Positions 25,514-37,500 of a stretch of DNA of 64,000 nucleotides are shown here, piece by piece. The DNA is taken from the NCBI GenBank assembly GCA_020137815.1, contig CM035361.1, forward strand, positions 5,456,001 through 5,520,000, read 5' to 3'. The notes under the pieces are model-generated. The model saw only the letters and a list, made by a program, of their open reading frames with translations, searched no databases and was not told the origin of the DNA. This DNA is from Hormiphora californensis. Taxonomy: Eukaryota > Animalia > Ctenophora. Within the stretch, counting starts at the first letter, position 1; each line of letters opens with the position of its first letter. Both the position numbers and the translations under genes were made by a program.

Positions 25514-28500
25514 CTCTCTCTCTCTATCTCTCTTCGCAAACTCCCTGATTTAACCCATCGATGATATCCGTAACCCGGGCCGGGCAAAGGTGTCAGTTTG
25601 ACAACAAAAGTGGTCACCTTTCCAGCCAACTAATTTCTGTTAGTTTTTGGCATAATTGGGGTATATTTTTGGTATTTTCTGATGTGAAATACGATGTAAG
25701 ACATGTCTAGACGTAGCAGAACGTGTAAAGACCGTCAGGAATCGCTAAAGTACGAAAATTTCAATTTTGACGTCATTGTGACGTCATAGCGTGACGTCAC
25801 GACGTTATAACGTCATGCCAGGGAAGTATTATTATTATGCTCATCTAGATAAATAGGCTGACCAAGTTTGAGATCGATTGGACTAGATTTGAGGTCGCTA
25901 TGGTGAAAAACGTACTATCGTCATATCTATTTTCATACAGTCTTAACACTTCAGACGCGATTTGAGACCCTTAGAACTAGAGTTTCACAAATTCGCGGTA
26001 TAGTTTCTGAAAGTTTAGACGATTATCTTTTATAAGTGTGGTCTCCGTTTCTCAATCAGAAGCCGTCTTCAGGGTGTAAATTGAGCTCAAAGAAATTTGG
26101 TTGATTTGAAAAATGTCTTATCTTTATGACAGTTTGTTAAGACGTTCTGGTTGGACCTAGAATATGAAAACTATTCGTCTACACAATTCAAACGATTATC
26201 TTTCGAATGCAACAAACGAGAAGTGTCTATCTTATGTCGTTTTCTCTCAAAAACGATTATAAATTTGGTAAAACAGCGTCTATCCATAGATACATAGATA
26301 CATAGATACATAGATAGACCCGGGACATTTATTGCTTTTGGCACGATGCTGTATCTCTAAAACTAAATGAGATAGAGACTTGCCCTTTTAAACTACAGTA
26401 GAACTAGACTATGTGACACTGTATACCAAATTTCAGACTGATTGGTGCAGTGGGGGCCTCACTATGGGCGTCGCAAAATGCCATTTTTGGCTAAAAACTG
26501 AAAAAAGTTATTACTGCATTCTGGCACACGCGGCTGGGGGGAGGGGATGGTCACCTTTGCGCTTGCCAGCGCAGTGATATATGTAATAATATAATATTAT
26601 AATGTCACAACTGACACCGGTTTATAATGTCTTGTCTGTCAAGTGTATTGATCTATACAGATATATTCAGTACTGAATACTCGTATCAAAAATGAGAACT
26701 TCTTTCAGTAACACCTTTCATATTATAATTACTAGAGGAAATACACGACAAATGACATACCATAATACAGCACTGTCATCAAGTTAACTAAACTTAACAA
26801 ATCAAAGTTAACCGATACAAATATGTTTTAGTGGAAATTGATAAGCCGATTGTACTAACGGGGGATTCTGTTAAGTTTACTGCTGTATGTACGTTCACTG
26901 AATCGAAATGTAACGAAGGAAATCGTCTCCAATGGTAAATAATTATACATATTACATAATAAATAATACATTATACATAATACAATACTAGCAGCATCTA
27001 ATTAATTATCAATGGTAATTTATACCAACTTACAGTGGTATTTATACTAAACTAAAAGCTACTATAATAGTAGCTTTTAATTAGCAATAATAGCTAATTG
27101 GGGGTTGTTTTTGTTAGTGCCTCATATAACAAATTAAAAAATAATAAATTATATATTTTAATTGATTAACAATAATCGTATCCAGGTCGATTGGTTCAAC
27201 AGCCCAGACATCCAGTGAGGGGATTGTGGAAAACGATTACAATAACAATCAACGATCCACTGTTTTCACCTCAAGCCCCGTTCCTGGGTCAACGACCTAC
27301 AACACATATAAGATTAAACTTGGAGGTAATACAATATATATGAGGTATAAACTCTGGCCACTGGCGCGTTATTTCAGATAACTTTCTCCCAGCGCGCCGC
27401 TGGGAGAAGTTAGCTGAAGTTTATCCGCCGCTGGCGGATAAACTGGTATGAAACCCGATAGTTGATTTATCAGTCGTTTGAACATTTTACGCGCACACGT
27501 TAACTGCGAGATGGGGGATTTAACACCCTGCTCGCTCTTTATCAGACCAGTGCCCATTTTCACGCGTTTCTCTTCATTTCCATAACATGCGTGTAAATTT
27601 CCAAGTAATGAAAATGTGTGTAAACTAGTGTCTGACGGTGTATAAGGTCCAAATGAGGCACGGAGCTTTTCTGAATCAGCTTTTCAAGACGAATCCAATG
27701 CAACCGGAATTAGCTTTCTATCTTATCGGGAAGGTTCGGTTCACTCACACTCATTTTGAGTCATTTTTGCCGCGCGAGCCAATCAGAGGCCAGGATTTCG
27801 AAATCCAGCCCTCTGATTGGCTCGCGCGGCCAAAAATGAAAAAAATGAACCACACCTTCCCGACAAGATAGAAAGCTAATTCCGGTTGCGTTGGATTCGT
27901 CTTGAAAAGCTGATTCAGAAAAGCTCCGTGCCTCATTTGGACCTTATACACCGTCAGACACTAGTGTAAACACACAGTTCTGTCAATAACAGAGAGGGGA
28001 ACACATCTGCAACACTTTTCAATGTTATCTCTCTCATCAAGAGGCAAAATAGTCGCATTCCATTCGTTTCTCTCTCTCATTCTCTCTTTTACTGTTCAAT
28101 ATCTCTCACTGTGTGTTTTGCCCCTAATCTTTCTCTCTCTTTCTCAAACATGTTAGGAACAGTAGACACTAAGTCTACACACATTTTGAGAGTGTCTGTT
28201 GACTATTTGCCAGTAGTCCTTGTGTGTTACCCCTTGTGTTGTGTCTCTTATTTGTGTGTAATTACTATCGGGTTTCATAAACTATGAACGTTTGTTAGCC
28301 TATCGCGTTATAGGTTTAAATCACCTCCCCCTCACCCTCGGCTGGCGCCTCGGGATCGGCGTCGGGATTTAAACCAGTTTAATCGCCCTGCCGGGCGATT
28401 AAACTCCAGTTGGCTGTCCCCAGCTCGCGCTGGGAACAGCCAACTTGATAACGCGCCAGTCTACAAACGTTCATAGTTCATTTAAATCACGACGACGATC

Positions 28501-31500
28501 CCGAGGCGGAGCCGAGGGAGAGGCGGAGGGGTTTAAACCTATAACGTGCCAGTGGTCAGAGTTTATAGGTTATATTCCCTGCTTTAGTTGTTTATTTCAA
28601 GTATTACACACCAACAAGAGAGAGAACACTAATCAAAACACTCAAAGAGGACTGAGAAATAGTTAAAACACCTCACAATTAGGGTCTGAATTTCGGACGG
28701 ATTAGGGTCTCAATTTCGGACGGATACCGTCTAGACACCGTCCAGACGCCGTCCAGACGCCGGGACGGTACCGTCTAGACACCGTCTAGAGACCGTCTGA
28801 TACCGTCGCAACACCGTCTGATACCGTCTATAACCCGTCTAGAGACCGTCTGATACCGTCTATAACCCGTCTCAAGCAATTTCGGTACCGTTTTTAGCTG
28901 ATTTCACCGAAACCCGTCCAGACGGTATACCGTCTAGACGCCGTCTAGACGCCGTATGCCGCAAATGAGAAATTGCCCTGACGGTCATCAACGCCGAAAT
29001 AGGGAACAACGTGTTTCTTAATGTGCTTTTCAATACGAATCCAACGCAACCGGAATTAGCTTTCTATCTTGTCGGGAAGTATCGCCCCCTGACACCCCCA
29101 AAAACCTCAATTTCATGCGCGCGAGCCTATCCTTACCTGTAATTATAGGCAAATTGGCTCGCGCGCAGCCCTTTTGCCGGTTTTTGGGGGCGATACTTCC
29201 CGACAAGATAGAGAGCTAATTCCGGTTGCATTGGATTCGTATTGAAAAGCACATTCAGAAACATGTTGTTCCCTATTTCGGCGTTGATGACCGTCAGACC
29301 CTACTCACAATTGAGTGTACACTGTTTGGTAACAGTTACTAAGCAGTTGCTAAGGAAAGAGAGTGAAAGAAATAGCCTGATAAGGGGCATGTCACACATA
29401 ACACAGAGGAAGAGATAGTGAGACAAAAGGGGAGATAAAGAGAGAGTAATTGACGGAATGTGTCCTTTCTTTCTCTCCAATGTAGTGTGTAAGTGTTGCA
29501 CATAGTGTTCCCTCTGTATTTTAGTAAGAACTGATCATTTACACACACTTTGAATGTTCAAAATAAATAACCTGCCAGTGGGAAATAATCTGCCGCTGGA
29601 CTGGCTGTTTATTGAGAGCGCGCTAGTGGGACTGGCGGGTTATTTAAGTTAGCAGGGTATATATTACAGTCGGACCCCGACTTACCGGGATGCTCGGGAG
29701 AAAGGGTTTTGACCGGTAAATCGGGGTTCCCGGTATATCGGGGTGAAACACTGTTAATTTTTTATTTCGGGGGAAAATTATCCTCCCGATAAATCGGGGT
29801 TCCGGTAAATCGGGGCCCGGTAAATCGGGGTCCGACTGTACATATATATTGTTTTAATCTCATAATGAATAGAATTAACTTAATTGTTACAAGTTATTAA
29901 CTGTCAATTATTTCCTCCAGATGCCACAACCGATGAAAATATAGCCCCTTATTATACGCTTTACGGTAAGTATTTAATGATTTAATAAGTTAATAAGTTA
30001 ATTATTAACAAACTAGCGCACCCATTCCAAATGAAAATTCCAAATAAAAATGTGTATGACGGACTGTTACAGTTTACTTATGATAACTTTTTCAGAGCTG
30101 CAAAACTATGTATCCACATTTAGTATAGATGATGGAGGTGGTAAGTGACTACATCTGTCTAGTACCTATGATATAACTTGATAAAATAGTAATTATTTCG
30201 TTGTGATATATAGTTGGTATAATGCTAATAATTGGGATACACTAATTAATATAAACCTTTCAGAATACTACATTTCTGACCAGCAAGATACCTCTTCAAT
30301 AAAGTGTGATGCGGTCCAAGCAGGTGCTGTTACCAGCCCTCAATCAATTAATGTGGAAATCTATCGTAAGTTTTATATCATTCACGCTATAGGTATAACC
30401 ATGGTAATAATGTAAGAATGCATTTGTTTAATTATAAAGTATAAACACTTTATTATTTCATAAACCATTTATGAATATCATTTCAAACAGGTCGACCATA
30501 TCGGGGTGATGTTATACCGATCAAAACTGCAACCTATGGTACAGGGACAATGAATTCAAAAATTACTGACGGCGATTATGAAACTAGTTTTCTGATTTCA
30601 ACTTCTGCTGAAAAAAAGTGAGTACTGTTATAGTACACTACAGGAACCGACCGAATCAGGAAATTCTGGTCCCTGATTGGCTGATATCCAGTCACGTGAC
30701 CTAAATAACGAGTTGTGATTGGTGTCGGTCGGTTCATGGTACACTATTATAAACCACCCCCTGCTAGCTTAAATAACCCGCCAGTGGCAAGCAGTGCCAA
30801 TGGCGCGCTCTCGATAATAACTAGCCAGCTCAAAATCGTGCAAAAATTGATTTGTCAACAAATGAATCCCTTTGTATCCGCCGTTGTTACAATTGAGAAC
30901 GTTGGGCTCTACCCTACCAGAAGTTAGACTAACGTGGACATCGTCAAACGAATGTTTAACGATCGATATCGATCGTTTTAGTCGGTCGCTGGGCCAATCT
31001 GGGCGACCGATCGACCAGACAAAATCGATCGACGGACGATCGACGGACGATCGGTTTCAGTGCGCGCGTCGCTATTGGAAACATATGAGTTGCGCCATAG
31101 AACTAATATCTAGAGCTCCGCGCGTTACTGCTATGTCCCCAATAACAACAAAGTCATGAGTTGGACGCTGGCGGCATGTGCGTCTGATTAAGTCCCTAGC
31201 TGTACGTCCAGATCACTACTTATTTTGATTCAAATCAATCGAAACTAGATGTGCTTTGCACTTATTCAAGATAACACTATCACTTTTTTTTCAGGTGAGT
31301 AAGAGCTGCTGAAGCGCAAGGATTCCAGTGATAAATTTGATATTCCCGGTCCCGACTGGAAAGTTGAAACTCCCTGGCTCGTTCCGATCATTTTGAGTAA
31401 GCGAAGCATCTCACTTGTAATTGCTTCCATATCGCTACCAGCATTACAATTAGCATGTATGCCAGTGCAACGTAGATCATGAAATTGACATTCTCTACTA

Positions 31501-34500
31501 TCAGTTAATTACTTGAGTGTTTCAGTATTTCGCTAGCATATTTCAGGGACATTTCATTTGTGTACAAACACCTGTTTTTGGCACTATTTTCCTGGCCTAT
31601 GTGAAAAGTCAGGACCACTATTGGTGCACGGTCGTGCCCACAGAAGGAGTGCTTGGATCATAAAACCGGTTTTAAGTTAACTAATGCATATCCAAAAGTG
31701 TCTGTAGCTATTTGGGTGATGTTCTGACAATCCAATCACGTGTTTTGACCAAAAAAGTGACAAAAAGGAGGATCTGAACACAGCCCTTATATGAAGGGTT
31801 AGGGCTATGAAACTTCTTGGGCTGTTTAAACATGTGAGACGATCTGCAAAACAGGGTATTTTGGTACTGTTTCCGACCCATATTGCTTGCTCTCACCTTT
31901 CCCTAATTGGGCAAATCTCGTCAAGTGATCACTTCACAAGCAAAAATATACAGTACAGAGGCCCCTTGATTATCTTGCTCTAGTTAGATGACGACAAAAG
32001 AGAGAAACTATTCCAGACAATGCAAATTTGGACAGCTCAAGAAGTTTCATAGCCCCAACCCTATATATAAGGGCTGTGTTTAGATCATCCTTTTTGTCAC
32101 TTTTTTGTCACTTTTTTGGTCAAAACACGTGATTGGATTGTCAGAACATCACCCAAATAGCTACAGACACTTTTGGATATGCATTAGTTAACTTAAAACC
32201 GGTTTTATGATCCAAGCACTCCTCCTGTGGGCACGACCGTGCACCAATAGTGGTCCTGACTTTTCACATAGGCCAGGAAAATAGTGCCAAAAACAGGTGT
32301 TTGTACACAAATGAAATGTCCCTGAAATATGCTAGCGAAATACTGAAACACTCAAGTAATTAACTGATAGTAGAGAATGTCAATTTCATGATCTACGTTG
32401 CACTGGCATACATGCTAATTGTAATGCTGGTAGCGATATGGAAGCAATTACAAGTGAGATGCTTCGCTTACTCAAAATGATCGGAACGAGCCAGGGAGTT
32501 TCAACTTTCCAGTCGGGACCGGGAATATCAAATTTATCACTGGAATCCTTGCGCTTCAGCAGCTCTTACTCACCTGAAAAAAAAGTGATAGTGTTATCTT
32601 GAATAAGTGCAAAGCACATCTAGTTTCGATTGATTTGAATCAAAATAAGTAGTGATCTGGACGTACAGCTAGGGACTTAATCAGACGCACATGCCGCCAG
32701 CGTCCAACTCATGACTTTGTTGTTATTGGGGACATAGCAGTAACGCGCGGAGCTCTAGATATTAGTTCTATGGCGCAACTCATATGTTTCCAATAGCGAC
32801 GCGCGCACTGAAACCGATCGTCCGTCGATCGTCCGTCGATCGATTTTGTCTGGTCGATCGGTCGCCCAGATTGGCCCAGCGACCGACTAAAACGATCGAT
32901 TACTCGACGTCGTTGACCGACGTGACGATGTCCACGTTAGTCTAACTTCTGGTAGGGTATAGTTTAAAGTAAAAGGTTCAGGAGTTATTAAGAATCAATT
33001 GATTTCAGGTTGAAATTTGAGTTTGATGGAGAGTATTTCGTTAACGAGGTCCAAGTGGTACTATTCAACAAAGATAATACAGCCTCCTACCCCTCGAACC
33101 TACTATGTACTGTCAGCACAGGATACACCACCGTCTGCAAGGTTATTATTTAGTATATGGGCTCATGTTATATTATAGATTGATCAGAATTAGTACTGTG
33201 TATTTTCAGACCCTAATTACAAACAAGATGAAATTTCTGACCCTATTTCCTTACCCTTACTAAACCCACCGTGTTAAAGTGTTATATATATATACATACA
33301 TATGTATATAATCAATAAACCCGGGTTTATATGTAGCGGGTCACCCGCTAGGGTGATTCGCTACACCATATACAACCCGACTCGTGAAGCAGGGAGGGTG
33401 GTATATGGTATAAAACCCGACCAACAAGCAAGGATTTATTGATTACAAGTTTTAGCGGCAAAAACATCCTTGCTTTTTATAGCGGCGGGGTATATCAGAT
33501 AAATTTTCACCCGCTGATATTTATATATATATATATGTAATTTAGTCCAAAAACCAATTAAATAAATTAGTTTGGATGCCCGGGCCCATTTGGTGTCACG
33601 GGGGTAAAACCTTTAGGCTACTGTCATAAATAATGGCATATCTCGTTTATTTTTCAATACACATCTCTCGTTTTTCTTTTCTCTTTCTCTCCATCCCTCT
33701 ATCTCTTTCTCCCTCTTTTCCTCTTTCTCCCACTCTCCACCTCCATATTTCCCTCTTTCTCTTTTTTTCTCTCTTTTATTTATATTTCTCTTACTATCTC
33801 TCCGTCTTTCTCGATATATCTCACTCTTTATATCACAATTTGTTTTTCTTTATCTCTCTCGATATTCATCATTTATGACAGTAGCCTAAAGGTTTTACCC
33901 CCGTGACACCAAATGGGCCCGGGCATCCAAACTAATTTATTTAATTGGTTTTTGGACTAAATTTCTGTTTTTTTTGGTGTAAAAAAGAGACAGCTTTTTT
34001 CCTGATTTTATTTTGGGATCTGAATAAATAAATATGCATATAACGGCTAAACGGTGGGAGTTACGAACTTTTTTCTGGGGGAAGACCCCCATAAATCGAC
34101 TATTTTGAGTCGGAATATACCCAAGAAAACGTTTTAGGGTCAGCCGAAGTGGAAATTTTAAAGGGTATGCATAAAATCATGAATTTGAGCATAAATATGC
34201 AAATAACGGCTAAACGGTGCGAGATACGAATTTTTGTCCGGGGGATGACCCCCCACAAATCGACTATTTTGAGTCGGAATATACCCAAGAAAACGTTCTA
34301 GGGTCAGCCGAAGTGGAAATTTTAAAGAATATGCATAAATTTGAGCATAAATATGCAAATAACGGCTAAACGGTGCGAGATACGAATTTTTGTCCGGGGG
34401 ACGACCCCCCACAAATCGACTATTTTGAGTCGGAATATACCCAAGAAAACGTTCTAGGGTCAGCCGAAGTGGAAATTTTAAAGAATATGCATAAATTTGA

Positions 34501-37500
34501 GCATAAATATGCAAATAACGGCTAAACGGTGCGAGATACGAATTTTTGTGCGGGGGACGACCCCCCATAAATCGACTATTTTGAGTCGAAATATACCCAA
34601 GAAAACGTTCTAGGGTCAGCCGAAGTGGACACTTTAACGGGTATGCATAAAATCATGAATTTGAGCATAAATATGCAAATAACGGCTAAACGGTGCGAGA
34701 TACGAATTTTTGTGCGGGGGACGACCCCCCATAAATCGACTATTTTGAGTCGGAATATACCCATGAAAACGTTTTAGGACGAGCCGAAGTGGAGATATAA
34801 CGCAATTAAGTTATTAAAATGGATAATTAATGAATAATTAATGAATAATTAATGAACTATGGCGATTTCGAAGTTTTCACATAGCCTATACCACGCCAAA
34901 TAATGCAAGGAACCAATGTTCCAAACGGCAAGTCTCTACTATTTCTGGTTTAGGAGAACACTCAATCTCCTCCCCTCCCCTCCCGTCCCCTCCCTTACAT
35001 TTTTGCATTTTGGGACCCCTCTGGCAAATTTTTACCTTACATCCGATCATTCTGAAATTTTGTATGCCTCTTCTCCTATATGAGGGCCCTTAGAGTACAA
35101 AATTTCATCCCTCTACTTCATCTGGAACATGCATTTTTAAAGCATCAAAAACCCCGAAATTTGCAATGGTATATAGTAGCACTGGCAGGTTTTCACGCGC
35201 TTGTGTGTAGAAGTGTTGCGTGTGCTCTCTCTTTTATTTTTTGAGTTAGAGGGTATTTCTAAGGTGGGGGCTCTGCCCCCACACCCCCGTTTAAGGTGGG
35301 GGCTGCGCCCCCACACCCCCCTTTTGGGCCCGGGGCACTTGCCAGTGCTATGATTTATATATTGTCAATACCTCGACCCCAACATTATGTACTAATAAAA
35401 CCTCCTCTCTGCAGGCTTCAAGTACACTGACCGTTACACTGACCTCAGTACTAATAACACGTCCTCTCTGCAGGCTTCAAGTACACTGGCCGTTACACTG
35501 ACCCCAATACTAATAACACCTCCTCTCTGCAGGCTTCAAGTACACTGACCGTTACACTGACCTCATCGACCTACTCTGAAACGGCCAGCTGTGAAAGTAT
35601 AACTCGAGTCACTGGGACTTCCTTCGCAGGACAGTTTTACAGGTTGGTTAATTGAATAATTAGTTATCTTGATCTATTTAAATTTATTAAAATCATGATT
35701 TATCTAAATAATTACAAGTTTATTAGTTAGCATGATTTATTTAATTCAGTCAACTTTAATTGTCTGACTTGTTTTTATCAAATTAAAATTTATTAAATCA
35801 CATTTTAGATCAAAATGTATGCAGCGAGCAACCATGGTTACTATTACAGTTCCCGCTAACGTGAACTTTGGTTTCAACGAAGTTACCATTTTAGGAACAC
35901 CAGGTAATTTAACTGGTATACGTTACCATTTTAGAAGCTTCACTAAGATTTCCCCCTCTTTCTCCCTCAAGCTTTTATTCGACTAACTTTAACCCCCCCC
36001 CTCCTCCTGTACAGCATATTTTATTCGACTAACTTTAACCCCCCCCCTCCTCTTGTACAGCGTCGGACTACAAGTATACTGTGAGCAGTAACACATTCTC
36101 AGTCCCGTTTACCACAACCGGTGATTCATGGATTTATGAATGTCGAGCCGATCCAACCACCTACACCACCAAGTCCACATCTTTTGCTGTACATACTGTT
36201 GGTAAGAAATTAATTTGTTAATTAGTTTTAGTTTGTTAGTTAGTTTTAGTTTGTTAGTTAGGTTTAGTTTGTTTATTAGTTTTAGTTTGTTGATTAGTTT
36301 AATTTGGTTGATTAGTTTAGTTTGTTATATAATTTTAGTTTTTTTGATTAATTTTTGCAGTTTTTAATTAACCTTAGTTTGTTAATTAATTTTACATAGC
36401 CTGTTAATTAATTAAATACTTACCCAACCCACACCTGCACAAAAGGATTTGAGATACCTCCTCGGCTACTCTCCAGTGTTGCCACGGATACGACGGGTGT
36501 TAAATTGTTCGCTGTCCTGACCCACGAGATTCCTAACGCCGCCACTGTCACGTGGGTGAGTTAATTAGTTAGTTAATTAATTAATTAGTTGATAATTAAC
36601 AAGGAGTTGATGGTTAAAAATTAGTTGATAATTAACAATTAGTTGATTATTAACAACTATGTAGTTGATGGTTAACAATTAGTTGATGGTTAACAATTAC
36701 TTGCAAGTAACAATACCTCGACTACAGTTTGTTAAAATTTCTAATTAAGTAGTTTATTGGTCAATAATATATTAACCAATAAAGTAATCACATTGTATTT
36801 CAGACGCAAAGCAGTGGCAGCCACACGAACACTGGCTCAGTGGTTGGAAAGTACGTTTATGCAGATAGTGTAAGTTATTAATTCGTTAATGTTAACTGTA
36901 TTTATCATTATTAAGATTGTTAATTAATTATTGTTGTTCAGACATCCATCCGAAGGAAAAAATGTTATATTTAAATTTTATTAATTAACCCTTTGAGGGC
37001 GATAGGTCATATATGACACGGTCCATTCTAGACCGTCTGGAAGGCGCTACATGATGTCTAAGTGGCTAATTTTTTGTCACAAGCTAGTTTTAGGGATTTT
37101 GAACCCAAAACCACGTCCAAATCTGCTCGGAAAATCGAAGAAATTTTTTTATGGCCCTTCTCGGGAGGCTAATTTAGGCCTTTTTTTAAAAACCCCTCTC
37201 AAATTTTTGCTTTTGAGGGGCACAAATAATCCTTTGAAGGGATAAAACTGCTTGACATAACAAATCGAATGCAAAAAACCGCATCAAAAAATATTGAAAA
37301 TTGAATGAGTTATTAACGTTTTAGTCGTTGTATCATATATGACTCTATCGTCCGTAAGGGAATTCTAGTAACAAATGTCATTTGTGCAAAAGTATGGGTC
37401 CAATAGTCAAATTTTATGCTTTGAGGCAGTCTATAGCTATAATTTCTACAATCTTGAACGGTTTTTACTAGAAAAATACCCCAAATTCTACATTTTGTAT

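Larger units (their letters stand above)
27337..29662 (+). mobile_element. Family J1 copy 3 with nested insertions
   Basis: Colinear with copy 1 after removing 27448-28481 and 28680-29303. Confidence 0.8.

Noticed and set aside
34100-34764. Repetitive ORFs
   Set aside because: Translations of the tandem repeat within an H1 element.
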